From the NCBI GenBank assembly GCA_951406725.2, contig OX597815.1, positions 123,318,001 to 123,382,000 of the forward strand: DNA of 64,000 nt, read 5' to 3'. The DNA is from Octopus vulgaris. Taxonomy: Eukaryota. Position 1 is the stretch's first letter; the number at the start of each line of letters is the position of its first letter. The notes below the pieces were generated by a model. That model was not told where the DNA came from, made no database searches, and saw nothing but the letters and a program-made list of their open reading frames with translations. Shown in pieces: positions 39,930 to 52,594 of this stretch. A program made the translations under genes and the position numbers.

Positions 39930-42860
39930 TATATATGTGGGTGTGGCAGCGGTGTCATCGAAAGATGTAGACACCTCAAAATATGCTTTTTTTAGTTGGT
40001 CCACAGAAACGGTCTCCGTACGACCATTCATCTCGATGGTGAAAACTTAGGGAATGCGAGAAAGCACACAGAAGGATCCTTTATAAGGAGAAACAAGAGG
40101 TCCCTTGACAGAGTCATCTCGAACTAAAACATGTGACCAAGAGTCCATATCTGGTGGGACATGAGAGGGTGGAGATTCTTCCCTGGAAACTATGGGCAGA
40201 AGATTTGAAAAATAAGTACAAAGTCTGGCAACATTAGATGCTGGATCATGGAGCTGTGAAGTATCTGGCACCAACATCGTACCAGGCAATGCCAGTGTGG
40301 TACCATACAGTAGCTCTGCAGAAGAAAAACCCAGGTCTGCCTTGACAGCAGTACGACAACAAGAAGCACAACTGGCAGAAATTCAGAAGATTGGCCTTGA
40401 GCTGTCTATGGAACCGTTCAACTAATCCATTAGAAGATGGATGATAACTGGCAGTGTGAATGTGATGCACACTTAGAATACATGACAGTTCATGAAATAA
40501 CGAAGCTTCAAACTGACGTTCATGATCAGTGGTTAATCTGGATGGAACTCCGAAATGGGAAAGCCAGTTAGAAACAAAAACTCGAGCAAGAGACACATCA
40601 GAAATATCTGCTATTGGAATGGCTTCTGGCCAATGGGAGAAGCGATCGACACATGTTAAAAGATAAGAAAACCCACGACTCACAGGCCATGGTCCAACCA
40701 GATCAATGTGGATATGGTGAAAACGGGCCTCCGTAGGAGGAAAGTGTCCGAGTGTGGCACGAGCATGCCGTTGAATCTTGGACCGTTGGCACTTAGAGCA
40801 AGTACGTGTCCAAGAGGTAATAGTGCGATGCATATTTGGCCAGTAAAAACGAGCAGTGATAAGTTTAAGGGTAGCAGCGATGCCAGGATGTGATAAGGAG
40901 TGCAGTGCCTCAAACACTGAGCATTGATGATTTTCAGGCACAAGTGGCCTAGGAGAACCAGTGGAAGTATCACAAAGTGCCTTCAGCTGACGGAAGCGGA
41001 AGATAGGCAAACTGGCAACAGGAGAACTTAGGCGAAGTTAAATCTAACATCGCCAAAGGTGCTGCTCCTGCGAAATGGCAGTTAAGTCAATTGCAGCAGG
41101 AGATGAAAGAGAACAGACTGGAGGCGAGAAAGAGCATTAGCAGGAATGTTCTCTCTTTCAGGTATATGACGAATATCACTGGTAAATTGTGAAATAAAAT
41201 CTAGGTGACGGAAAGCACAAGGTGAGAGTTTGTCTGTTTTAGACGATAGGTCAAATGTAAGAGGCTTGTGATCAGTATAGATCACAAAATCTTGCCCTTC
41301 GAGTTGATGCTGAAAAGGACGAATTGACAGGTAGATCTCCAAAAGTTTGCGATCAAAAGTGCTGTACCGCCGCTCAGCCGGTTGTAACTGGTGAGAGAAG
41401 AAAGCTAGAAGTTGAGTCTGATCGTGCACTGTGTGTTGCAGCACTGCGCCGACCACAGTGTCCGATGCATCCACTGTTAATGAGAGTGAAGCATCGGGAA
41501 CCAGATGTGTTAGCAATGGGATAGAAATTAACTCCCTCTTGATGGACTCAAAAGCAGATAATGCTTTAGCAGAGAGGGTGCTTTGACCGTCCTTTTTAGA
41601 GGTGTCCTTTAACAGCTGAGTCAGAGTAAGTAGCTTATCCGCGCACCGAGGTATAAAACGTCGGTAGAAATTAACCATGCCAAGATAATGCCTGAGCTGG
41701 CGCAAGGAAGTAGGAGGTGTGATGTGATGCATTGAATGGCATCAACTTTTGATGACAGAGGTCTGATTCCACTCGAATCAATATGATGACCTAGAAAATC
41801 TAGAGAAGATTGTCCAAAAACACACTTGTCGGGATTTATGCGTACACTATAGGCACGAAGACGCTGAAAGAGCTGAGACAGGTGCCGGAGATGATTTTCA
41901 CAGGTGTCACTCACAACGAGTATATCATCAATATAAGCAAACATGAAATCAAGACTGCGGACAACTTCATCAATGAAATGCTGGAACGTGCTGGTAGCGT
42001 TCCGCAAACCGAAACTCATGTATAAAAGCTCAAAGCACCCAAAAGGGGTGGTAATAGCAATTTTCAGTACATCGGCTGGGTTGACCGGTATTTGGTGATA
42101 AGCATGTATAAGAACGACTTTTGAAAAAATGGTACAGCCATGAAAATTCGCCGAAATATCCTGAAGACTTCTTACTGGATAGCAATCTGGTATCGTTACA
42201 GCATTGAGGCATCAATAATCTCCTACTGGGTGAAAATCGGACTTCCCTTTTCGTGCTAAGTGAAAGGGAGACGCCCATGGGCTGGTGGAGGGGCATATCA
42301 GGCCAAGTTGGAGCATGTGCTCAAAGTCAGCCTTAGTCGTCTTTAGAAGGTCAGGCGCAAGGCGCCGTGGATGCGAAAGGACAGGCAGCCCAGTGGTCGA
42401 GTGGGCAGGCTTTGCTGGCTGAAAAGTAATGTCCACTAGCTTCAGAAATGAAGCCTAAAGAGAATGAAAGGCATCTCCAGGGGTGGCAACAAAAAATGTC
42501 GGGCTAAGAACTGCATTGGTAGAACCTCTAGTCGGCGTGGAGAGCGATGTAGTACCGTAGAGAAGCCTCCAATGCCTGACATCTACCAATAGATTAAAAT
42601 GATCCAAGAAATCAGCACCGAGAATAGGATGAGGTATGTCAGCGACGATGAAAATCACGACAATGATTAATATCAAAGCGCAGAGGAATCTGACTGAAGG
42701 TGGCTATGGGAGAGGAGTTGATAGCGTGCAGAACAATAGAAGAGCATTTAGGCTTGTCTGCAGTGAGACAAAAATGCCAAAAGCTACAATGCTACATGAA
42801 GAATTTCTTCGACACCAGATCTTTGACAAAGAATGCACCATAAGTAGGAAGAGAAAAGGA
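39930..42860 (-). pseudogene. Gypsy pol remnant (protease, RT, RNase H, integrase), frameshifted
   Basis: PILGADFL (PR); FGLRNA and FAYIDDILV (RT); LTVDASD and YTDHKPL (RH); HSLSHPG..CSKCQ, HIDLVGP, NGLVERFHR (IN); SPYKGSF (GPY/F). Confidence 0.93.
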
Positions 42861-42889
42861 GGAAGGTGCCATGCTCAACTTCTCCGAAC

Positions 42890-43620
42890 TTAGTTAAAAC
42901 TGCACGGCAGGATGCACTTGCATGCTTTATCAGCAAATCTGGAATGGTACCAGCACAGCCTGGAACGTAGCCTAGAGGCAGAGTGACTTCGACTACGCAA
43001 ATGACGCCTATTTTCCCGGCATAGCCCATCTATGTGTTGTGTTAGCGCATCTATTTTGTCTGATATAGTGTCATGTGACAGAGAAGAGGCTGAAACTGAG
43101 GCTGTCGAAGGGGTCTCAGTGCAAACGCACACGCCACGTGACAATGGCTGGCCAGAAAATTCCAAAATTTTATCTGCCATTGTGGCAATTTGGTCCAAAG
43201 TGTTGGACTCAAGGGCTGTGGCCAGAATTGTCTGAAAGTTGAAAGGCAACCTAGAAAAGAAAATTTTTCAAAGAAGAGGCACATCCGCGGAGTTTCCACT
43301 TAACTCACACAAGCAACACAAGAATTGTGACGGAGTCTGCCATTAGCTGCTCGTCTGCCATTAGCTCATTAAACCTACCTTCTTCAGACCGAGTGTCGTG
43401 TCAAAGAATTTTCGCCTTGACAAACGCATAGGTGGCATCTGGGCTAGGATCTGTAATGAGATCTCTAGCAGATGTGGCGAGTCGAGGAAGCAAGCTAGAA
43501 TAGAGGAGGTGTAATTGTTGAATGGGAGAAACGTCGTGAGCCACACAGAGTCGCATCTCCCGTGAATAAAGGTAAGTTTGGAACGGATATGCTTCTTCGA
43601 GATGCCTGTCACAGAGAAAG
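42890..43620 (-). pseudogene. Gypsy gag remnant
   Basis: ORF fragments ARDLITDPSPDATYAFVKAKIL, LDQIATMADKILE and C-terminal CWYHSRFADKACKCILPC knuckle. Confidence 0.8.
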
Positions 43621-44346
43621 GTAAATGAATGGAAACAAAGCGACGAGAAAGGAACAAAGAGAATTGAGATGAAACACGAGAAGCGGAGAAAAAAAGAAAC
43701 CAACTAGCGAACCGACAAAATATGTTTGTGGACTGGTGTGTGCACAAAAGGAGAAAAGAAAATAATTGTGAGAACAATATTGTTAATTGTGTACAGAGAG
43801 AAAAGAAAAAAATTCCTTTTTTTTTTCTGTACCAACCTTCGTCGCTCTGAAAAGGGAAAAGAAATGAAACAAGGAGAGAAAAAATGAAACAAGGAAAAAC
43901 CAAATTATCAATGTGTGTGTGTGCTAACATATGTGAGTGTGTGTGTGTGTGTGTTTTTATGTGGTTCTTCTGTTTGTTTTTTTTCTTTCTTTATCGGTGT
44001 TGACACCATGTAGAAGATCAGCAAAAATGGCAGAAGAATTAGTTTTGTTCTGTCAGCATGTGGATGAAAACTGAATGCTTTGACTTGAAGTGGGCCGTCG
44101 AATTCTTTTCTGTTGATGTTCCTGCTTGTTGAGACTTTGTTCGTATTCGGTTCAGCCAACTTATGAAGATAGTGACAGCGATAGTGGAGAGACATCAATA
44201 TAGTGGTGGCATTGGTGGAGTGAGATGGTCTGGCCTGCAGGTTGTATACTAGCTGTGAAAACGACAGTGAAATGATTCACAAACAGTACTGTATAAAAAC
44301 CTGGGCGAGTTGCTGTGTACGTCTGTTGGCTTGCATGTTCGTTTCA

Positions 44347-44364
44347 TGTTCAGGGGTCACCAAT
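44347..44364 (-). promoter_or_regulatory. Primer binding site, tRNA-Trp type (TGGTGACCCC)
   Basis: Minus strand ATTGGTGACCCCTG directly after the 5' LTR; complementary to the GGGGTCACCA 3' end of eukaryotic tRNA-Trp. Confidence 0.75.
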
Positions 44365-44790
44365 TGTAACAGGATGAGAGGTTCCTGAACTGGATGGGCA
44401 CAGCTTGCACCCTTTACATTAAAATATTAATCGAAGGAAAGAGCCAAGACTTTCGATTAACTTCAACAGCATAAATATTTTATTTCTAGATTCGCAATAT
44501 ATACATTCTTCTTTCAGGGCGAATCGGCAGCCTAGGAGCTTGTCGCAGTAGTCAAATGGAGTGAGCCAAATCCTGTCCGTTCAAGCGTAGCGGAGAAACG
44601 CCACAAGCTTGAGAGAGCTGCTAAAACATGACTGTCCTGTTTAGCTGCCAGCATTCGAGAGAGCGATACGAGGGAAAATTCGCTGCTGCTAGTTTTCTGT
44701 GCATGCACATGAGGGAACTTCCAGCAGGCCTCCCGGAAGAATTCAACTCTGCGCATGCGTGCTGGAGATTTCCAAGATGGCATCACTACA
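44365..44790 (-). repeat. 5' LTR of the Gypsy element
   Basis: Plus strand tgtaacaggatgagagg...catcactaca; direct repeat of 38433-38862; PBS abuts it. Confidence 0.95.
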
Positions 44791-44883
44791 TGACCCTTGG
44801 GGATCCAGATAACATTTTGCTTTTAAAGTTTATGTGCAACTAATTGGTTATACTTCAACAATACACAATGTTTTAACCATCAT

Positions 44884-45130
44884 ACACATGATTATGTGAC
44901 CGACCAAGCTATCAGATTACAATGTGCTTTTGCATTGTTTTAGCCTTGAAATGATGCTACTCCACTGGCTAGGCAAGCAGACCAACAATCAACACTGATT
45001 GAAGGGGGACTGGAGCAATGTGAAATGAAATGTTTTGTTCAAGAACATAATGTGTCGACCAGTCAGGGAATCAAACCCACAATCTAGTAATCATGAGTGC
45101 AACAGCTTAGCCACTAGGCCATACACCTTT
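44884..45130 (-). mobile_element. tRNA-derived SINE inside the hAT MITE
   Basis: A/B-box-like head on the minus strand; tail related to the 19852 family; flanked by taaccatcat / taacaatcat, a probable TSD. Confidence 0.6.
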
Positions 45131-45898
45131 AACAATCATTTTATACAATTCCTTACATTTAATTATTAAAATACAAAAGGGTGATTTTTTAAAACATCAA
45201 ATGGCTAAGGGGGTCCACCTGAGTAATGAGGGAATCAAAAGGGTCCATAGGTAAAAGATGGTTGACTACCACTGGTATAGAACAAGAACAACCCATGCAA
45301 GCACAGAAAGGTGAACATTAAATGATGATAGAGATAGTAAACCTATCACTAGAGAAATATCCAAAAAGAATTTATCATGTGCTGAGTGGTTGGTGTTAGG
45401 AAGGGCATCCAGCTGTAAAAGTCTTTCCAAGACAATAATAGAAGTTTGGTGCAGGCTTTGGCCTGGCCAGCTCTTGTGGAACCATCCCACCCATGCCAGC
45501 ATGGAAGATGGATGTTAAACGATGATGATGATACCATATATAACTACACTGTATTTAATTTCCTGTATTTTATTAAGATATTTCCTTCTTTACATACATG
45601 ACACAAATTTTTTGAGATTTACGACCTAAATATCACGATAACATTTGCGTGGATGTTACAATCTGGATGTGGCAAATCTTATATCTCACAAAAATAAACA
45701 GTGTAATTTTCATTGGAGGAAACTGAACTAAATTTTTTACAGTTCTGTTTGGATTAATCTCATTTCGAGTTTCTTTGTAAGGCAACTGAAAATTGTTATT
45801 CGATATGGTAAATACTTGTATAGTAATAGACTATTATAGTTACTTTTTAATATTTCAATGTCAACACAAGCTACAGAATGTTTAAAAATAATACATAC

Positions 45899-46081
45899 TC
45901 CAAGTCTGTCAAATGAAGTACTGATGTCATCTGGTTCACCTTCCAATATCTCTTCAGGATTAGGAGCACAACCAGAAACAATATTGGTTGTTGGTGAAGT
46001 GTTCAAAGAATCAGAAGATGCATCATTGTCTTCGAGTTCCTGGACGATTTCTGTTTGTTGTTTCACAAAGTTAATAAATAC
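45899..46081 (-). CDS. ABCA2: ABCA2-like penultimate coding exon: VFINFVKQQTEIVQELEDND...EPDDISTSFDRLG
   Basis: VFINFVK corresponds to the conserved VFVNFA motif; acidic tail; ttgtAG acceptor, GTatgt donor at 45898-45897, 183 nt. Confidence 0.85.
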
Positions 46082-46859
46082 CTACAACATTAGAAATAAA
46101 GAGATAATTTACAGTGTTGAAAAAACTGTTACACTGTAACAAGGCTATCTGAAGGATGAAATTTAAAGTAATGTGGTTTTTGACCTGGTGATTTTCAAAC
46201 AGAGAATTCAACAAATATATGAAAGTATAATTATTCACCCATGCTAGCATGGAAGATGGATATGATGTTAAATGATGATGATGATATCCAATTATGATTC
46301 CTATTCTTACAAAGTTGATACTTAAAAAGTTGTCTTTGAGGTTGTGTATATTTTTAAAAGTGTAGTTTAAGTGCAGGTAAAGCTGTGTGGTAAAAAAGTT
46401 TGCTTTCCAACCATGTGGTTTTGGGTTCACTCTCACAGCACAACACCTTAAGGCAAGTGATTTCTACAGTAGCTCTGAGCCAGTTTGTGAATGAATTTGG
46501 TAGAAAGAGGCTGAAAGAAGTCCATTATGTTTGTGTGTGTGTGTGTGTGTATATGTATATATATATATATGCATGTGTGTGTTTACAATTGCACTCTTTG
46601 AAAGATGACAGTGTCATCTTTGAAGATGTGTGAAATAAAAGATCCCCTACTTCAAAACATGCGAAGGAAAATGACAGAAAGGGCATTTGGTTTTAAAACA
46701 AGGCTTCTACAAATATATTCATCTAACCCATGCTAGCATAGGAAAACAGGTGTACAAAAACAAGCACATTTTTATCTTTAACATCATTACAGGTAAAAAT
46801 TGTAACAATTCTATATCTATGGTTTTGCACTAATAGCATTTTTAATCCAAAAGATTTTG

Positions 46860-47440
46860 AGATGCAAAATCTTGAAATCTCTGAATCCTCCTCTAGGTTC
46901 TCTCTCTAAAGTTCAGTGACATAGAAGTATACATGATGAAGTTGATGATATACTATTTCCTCAAAGTGAGAAAGGCATTTGCAGGTAAAGCTCTGACTGG
47001 CATGGCCAATGTGTGGAAGTCCATTCTGCCTCATCATATGAAGCTCAGTTACTTCTATGCAACTGTAAAGTTCATTCTATAATATGACTATGAATGCTGG
47101 CCCCCAAAGTTTACTCTGAATGGGTTACTAATCCTGAATGAAGTTTTTAGTAGTTAATGCTGAACAGAAGAGATACTAGTAACAATAGTCTGTAAAGACA
47201 GTTATCAGATTTGAGTGAAAAAATTCCAAGAAGAATGAGGCAGTCTGGTCACTACAAGGAATACTGGTAACTTGTTGCCAGCTGGCTGGTGCTCTGGGAG
47301 CTGATACATTGGTATAGAAAAGAAAGATGGATGAACTAAAGAAAGATGAAGAAGCAGAAACTATTAACTAGCTAGCTAGTAAGATATATAAAGGACAGAG
47401 ATGGCTGGAGGCATCAATGAAGGACTTATCTGAAGACTAA
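46860..47440 (+). mobile_element. Old RTE-like LINE remnant
   Basis: KVRK..A...MANVWKSILPHHMKLSYFYATVK..L.Y..ECW motif. Confidence 0.55.
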
Positions 47441-48488
47441 CTAAATAATAATTTATGAAAATTTGTCATAAACAAGGGTCTTAGATTAATTAAAAATTTG
47501 TATTTTATGTTTTTATTTCACTAGGGAAATTCATACAACTATTTTCTTCTTAGATGATATTTCTTAATGGATATGACTAAGCTGCATCAAGTAGAGGGGC
47601 TCTAGTTCAGGAGTTCCAGGGTTTTGAGAAGTGTGGAACCACCTCTTAGCCACTTCTAGATCTACTCTGACCTGGAGTCATTGCATCTGTCAGGGTCCCA
47701 GCTATGGGTTAAAGGGCTTGTAACCACCTAAGCAAGGGTACATTGACATCATGAGATACAGTATGGTGGATGTGAACTATTTCAGATGAACTTATTGAAT
47801 CAATAGTGAATATCACTAGCTGCTGAGTGGATGAATAGACAACAAATTATCAATGACTAGGATCAACAAGTGCAGTTGGCAAACAACTGATATCATCTGT
47901 AGTCATGGAATGTGCAGATGAGCTATTTTAGAGAGCAAAAGACTAATGTAACCAGGCCTGACAGTCATGAGCCATTGCTTTATCAGGATGTCTGGTGTGA
48001 AAGAGTTGCATTGGTCTGGGAAAATCACCTGATTGGATGATGATGAATGGTAATAACAAAATCAAAGTTAACAACAAAACATTCTAAAGAGAGGAAAAAA
48101 GAAAATTAGTGTTTTGTAAAATATTTTCTAACAAACCAAGGAGTACATATATAAAATAGTAAAGTAGAAAATATTAGTTTATGAGGAACCTTCCTAAGTA
48201 CATCATTTTTATATACTTTATAATTGTTAGAAATAGATACATAATCCAAAATTGTTTCCATAAACACATGTGGTCAAAGATAATAAAACTATATGATTCT
48301 CCACAAATATCTGAATTATTGTTTTAATTTTCAATGTAATATTTTAAAATTTTCTGTTTCATTTCAACAAATTTTGCATGCAGTTTTACAGGAATATCTG
48401 GAAAATGTCCAACTAAAAAATTCCTAACATAACAATACTGAAATTTGTAACAGCAAAAAGACAAGCAAAGTAAAGGTGTAATACATAC

Positions 48489-48626
48489 ATTATCTAGAGT
48501 ATTCTGACTGACAGAATAGTCTTCAATCTGGAAATCTCTTTGAGCATCTTCAAGCTTAGAAAAGATGTAAGCTAAAGAAATAGTCTTTGACTTAATTTCA
48601 TACTGAAGCATGTTAATGTGTTGCTC
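48489..48626 (-). CDS. ABCA2: ABCA2-like exon: EQHINMLQYEIKSKTISLAYIFSKLEDAQRDFQIEDYSVSQNTLDN
   Basis: IEDYSVSQxTLDN motif; 138 nt with cctcAG acceptor and GTatgt donor. Confidence 0.96.
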
Positions 48627-49401
48627 CTGAGGGGAAAAAATATATAATGAAAACACTTTAGTTTCACCATCAATATATTTGTTGAACATAGGTGCAGACA
48701 GTAACAATAATAAGACAAACATTTTCTTTTTCAACTATCAGTGAAAGAAAGGCAGCCCTTTTTCAGGGCTACCAATACTGAAAGGAAGAAGTTATCTTTA
48801 AACTAGAGATCTGGCATGAGTGTTTACAACAGAGTGAATGCCATTAAAGGTACCCAAAGGCTATGTAGCAGTGCCAAACTGGATGATAGATTAAACCCTA
48901 TCTCAGAATGCAAAGAGCCAGAGCAAATATTACTAGGTCTCCTGTTTGATATTTTAACTATTCCACCAATCCCTTGCTCTGATATGGTTCTTTATTTCAT
49001 TGGCCCCCAAAAGGATGAAATGCAAAGCTGACCTTGCAGGGATTTGAGTGGTATTTTGAAACTAGATAAGATGTACAAAGGTGGTGGGGTTTCACCTAAG
49101 CTGCACTCCACAGTTTACAAGGAATGAACTTTTATTATTGAACATATACTGAATAAAACCAACTCAGAAAATAAAGAGGATCAACAAATTTTATATCATC
49201 ACTATATTCCATTTAAGTCATTAAACTATTTAAAACCCATTAACATGTTACTTATAATACCTAATTTCTAAATTCTGAAGAAAACTAGTATAAAAACAAT
49301 TTTGTTTTGAAAATTTCCTAATTATTACAAGATAAACAAGTTATTTCTGATGATAGTGAGAATATTTTATAAATAGGAAAATATTTTAAAGTATTACTTA
49401 C

Positions 49402-49606
49402 CTTAATTTTAGCATTAGGGAAATTTTTATCAATAAAGTGTTTGACGTTCACACAATTTCTTTCATAGTTTGGTCCTCTGATACGAATTACAAATGTGTA
49501 GCCATCACCATATTTATTTTTTAAATGTTGAGTACTGCCAAGACATTTGAAGCTGCCATTTACCATAATAGCTAAACGTGTACAGAGAGCTTCACATTCT
49601 TCCATG
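49402..49606 (-). CDS. ABCA2: ABCA2-like exon: MEECEALCTRLAIMVNGSFKCLGSTQHLKNKYGDGYTFVIRIRGPNYERNCVNVKHFIDKNFPNAKIK
   Basis: SMEECEALCTRLAIMVNG hallmark of ABCA; 205 nt, phase 2 to 0, GTaagt donor. Confidence 0.97.
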
Positions 49607-49744
49607 CTATTGAGAGAGAGAGAAAAAAAAATAAGTGAATTAGGGCACAAGAAAATTCACTAACTTTTATTTTATTGATTTAAATCATCATCACATAATT
49701 GTCCTACTCATGCCAGCACACGCATATACATACATATATATATA

Positions 49745-50022
49745 TCACCGTGACCAACCAGGCAATCAAATGTTGCTACACATCGCTGGTCACAATGCGC
49801 TTCACATTGTTTTAGCCTACAAATGATGCCACCCTGCTGGCTAAGTGAGCAGGACAACAGAAGAAAGAGTGAAAGAAAGTTATTGTGAAAGTGTACAGCA
49901 GGGATCGCCACCACCCCCTGCCGGAGCCACGTGGAGCGTTAGGTGTTTTCACACAAACACTCACAACGTGATCCTACAACCGCGAGTCTGCTGCTCTAAC
50001 CACTGAGCTATTGCGCCTCCAC
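49745..50022 (-). mobile_element. SINE family B copy
   Basis: Reverse complement of 19852-20156. Confidence 0.8.
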
Positions 50023-50039
50023 CTATATATATATATATA

Positions 50040-50449
50040 ATTTAAAGTAAACAGAAAATACAGAAATATTGATCAACAATTGACTAACATTGATTATTAT
50101 TTTTTAATACACATAGACTTTATCCAATCTAACAGCCGTTTCTGCTTCCAATGTTCAACAGTGTTGCCACTGAAAATTCTGAAAATAATATTCATCATAT
50201 TAAGCCTTTCTTCTTCTTGAGGCTTTTCTTTTCTTTTATGTATTTTTCTTCACTCTGATAAAGTTTGATGCTCCAGATCAGATGTGTTACAAAATATATT
50301 TTCAGAATTCTCAATGGCAACACTGTTCAACATTGGATGCAGAAATGACTGTTAGATGAGATCAAGTCTATTGGTATTAAAAAGTAATAATCAATGTTAG
50401 TCAATTGCTGTTGATCAATATTTCTCCATCTTCTGTTTGCTTTAAATTT
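50040..50449. repeat. Foldback inverted repeat (~150-bp arms); right arm continues into a unit repeated directly at ~50840-51080
   Basis: 50040-50192 is the imperfect reverse complement of 50293-50449. Confidence 0.8.
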
Positions 50450-51439
50450 GATTCCTGATAAACTTATGTTTATCTTTGTCACTGCCTGTATCCTATGAGC
50501 ATAATATGCTTGCATATGCATGCTCATGGTTAACATAGGTAATTACACCGGTAATAAAATGGATATTTTTATCTCTTAGATGGTTATTCCAACCTCTAAC
50601 TCTACTAACCTTATATATATATATCTCCTTCTGGTCTCATCTCAAGGCCCTATTCTTTCCTCTTCCTTCATTTATTTTATTTTATATAATTTTGTATTTG
50701 TATTCACTTTGATGAAGCTCCATGTACTAGATCGAATGTGCTATAAAGATGGTGAATATTCTTTTCGGAATTTTCTTTGTAAGCACCGATTAACATCGGC
50801 AGCCAAAATGGCTGCAAGTATTATGTAATGTTATGTTATTTTTTTGTATTAAAAAATAATTAACTGATGTTGGTCAATTTGTTTGGTGATCAAAAGTTTT
50901 CTCCATTTTCTGCTTATTTAAATTTGATTCTGGATAAACTTTTCTTTATTCAATTACCTGTACCCTATGAGCATAGAGTGCTTGCATACACATGCCCAGG
51001 GATAGCATAGGTAAATGATCTTGGTAGTAAGAATGAATATTTTATCCATTAGACAGTTATTCCAACTGCTAACTCTGCTATGTATATATATATACTCCAT
51101 CTTTCTTTTCAACCTAAGGTAACTGTATATCTCTCTACAGCAAGACACCTGTTCTTGTCTCTCTCTATCACACTAATATCTCACCACCTGTATAAAGCCA
51201 TCTCCTTCAATTAAGGGGGTTTTGTCTTGAGTTACTTGGTGTTCTAATTAGTGCTGGTAGCATGTAAAAAGCACCCAAAACACACTGTAAAGTGGTTGGT
51301 ATGTGGAAGAACAAGCCATAGAAACCATGCCAAAGAATGGCATTATAATTTGATGCAGTTCTCTCTCACCAGCTCCTTTTGAATCATTCAACCGTGTCAG
51401 TATAGAAAATGGTCACTAAATGGAAAGATGTCCATCGTA

Positions 51440-52582
51440 TATATCATCATTTAATGTCTGCTCTCCAGGCTGGCATGAGCTGGATGGTTTGACATGGAGA
51501 TGGCTAGCAGGGAGCTGTCCAAATGTCTATTGTGTATGGTTTCTATAGCCAGATGTCCTTCCTAACACCAACTATTTAGCAGAGTGTGCTGGGTGCTTTT
51601 TACATGCCACCAGCATGGGTGTTTTTATGTAGCACTGGCATGGGTGAGTTAATGAAGCACTGGCACGAGTGCTTTTTAAGTGGCACCTGAAGGACAAGCC
51701 TGTATGTGTGGAAGACACATGTGATTTTACTCAGCTTGACATGTCTTATCAAGTACAGCAAATCACCACATCCCCCAGTCCCTTGTCAGTTACTCAGTGA
51801 GGCCCAGTGTTCAAAGATCCCTTCTTACCACTTCATCCCATGTCTTCTTGAGTCTACCCTTTCCACAGGAACCCTCAATTAGAACTCAGCACTTCTTTAT
51901 GTAGCTGTCCTCCTCCATATGCATCACATGACCAAACTAGCACAGTTTGCACACATCTGATGCCTCTTATACACAGTTTTCCTCTTAAATCATTTACACT
52001 GTTGTGCATGCATATTGACTTTATGTATCCAGCAGAGCATGCTAGCTTATTTCTTTCAAGTCTTTGTAAGTTCTCTGTAGTCAAAACCCACGTTTCATTG
52101 CCATGTAACATAGATGTATATACACAGGCATCATATAATCTTCCTTTCACTCAGAAAGTAGTAGCTCTCTGAACTTCGTCCAGCCTGTTATTATCCTAGC
52201 AACTACACTTTCAGAACTCCCTCCCCCACTACTAACTTGGTCGTAGAAGAAACAGAAGTTACCTACTACTTCTCATGATCCACCTGAGTAGTTGAAGGAG
52301 CCTATTGTCAGCATCTTTTTAGTGCTTATTGTACCAGCACATTTGCCACCCACAAAGACTATATTCTCCATTAACCTTCCTTTTACAGCACTCTTATGTG
52401 TCCAAAGCTTGCACTAGGTACAACATATGGAGTTTCTACCAACAACTTTCTTACATATCAAGCAGAGCCATCTCCCAGAAGGGACATGTGGGTTGTGTGT
52501 TTTCCTATTTACTAGGACTTTGGGTTTTGCTAAATTAACCCTAAGGTTCATGGAATCCAGACCTTGTTTCCACACCTGAAAT
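51440..52582 (-). mobile_element. RTE LINE 3' fragment
   Basis: KGRLYDACVYTSMLHGNETW, FQVWKQGLDSMNLRVNLAK; RTE 3' UTR. Confidence 0.85.
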
Positions 52583-52594
52583 TTCTTCTTATAT

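Larger units (their letters stand above)
38433..44790 (-). mobile_element. Full-length degenerate Ty3/Gypsy LTR retrotransposon
   Basis: Paired ~425-bp LTRs (TGT...ACA), TGAC TSD at 38429-38432 and 44791-44794, PBS, PPT, and gag-PR-RT-RH-IN remnants with frameshifts and stops. Confidence 0.96.
38404..45274. mobile_element. hAT (Charlie-like) MITE, split by the Gypsy insertion (own sequence 38404-38432 and 44791-45274)
   Basis: TIRs CAGTGGTTCTCAACC / GGTTGACTACCACTG; 8-bp TSD gtatagag / gtatagaa. Confidence 0.8.

Noticed and set aside
43361-43930. 189-aa hydrophobic ORF as env or membrane protein
   Set aside because: Comes from the T-rich leader and an off-frame reading of gag; it lies upstream of gag, not in the env position.
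45545-45705. Small Tc1/mariner MITE (tacactgt...acagtgta)
   Set aside because: Only 8-bp inverted ends and no second copy in the window.
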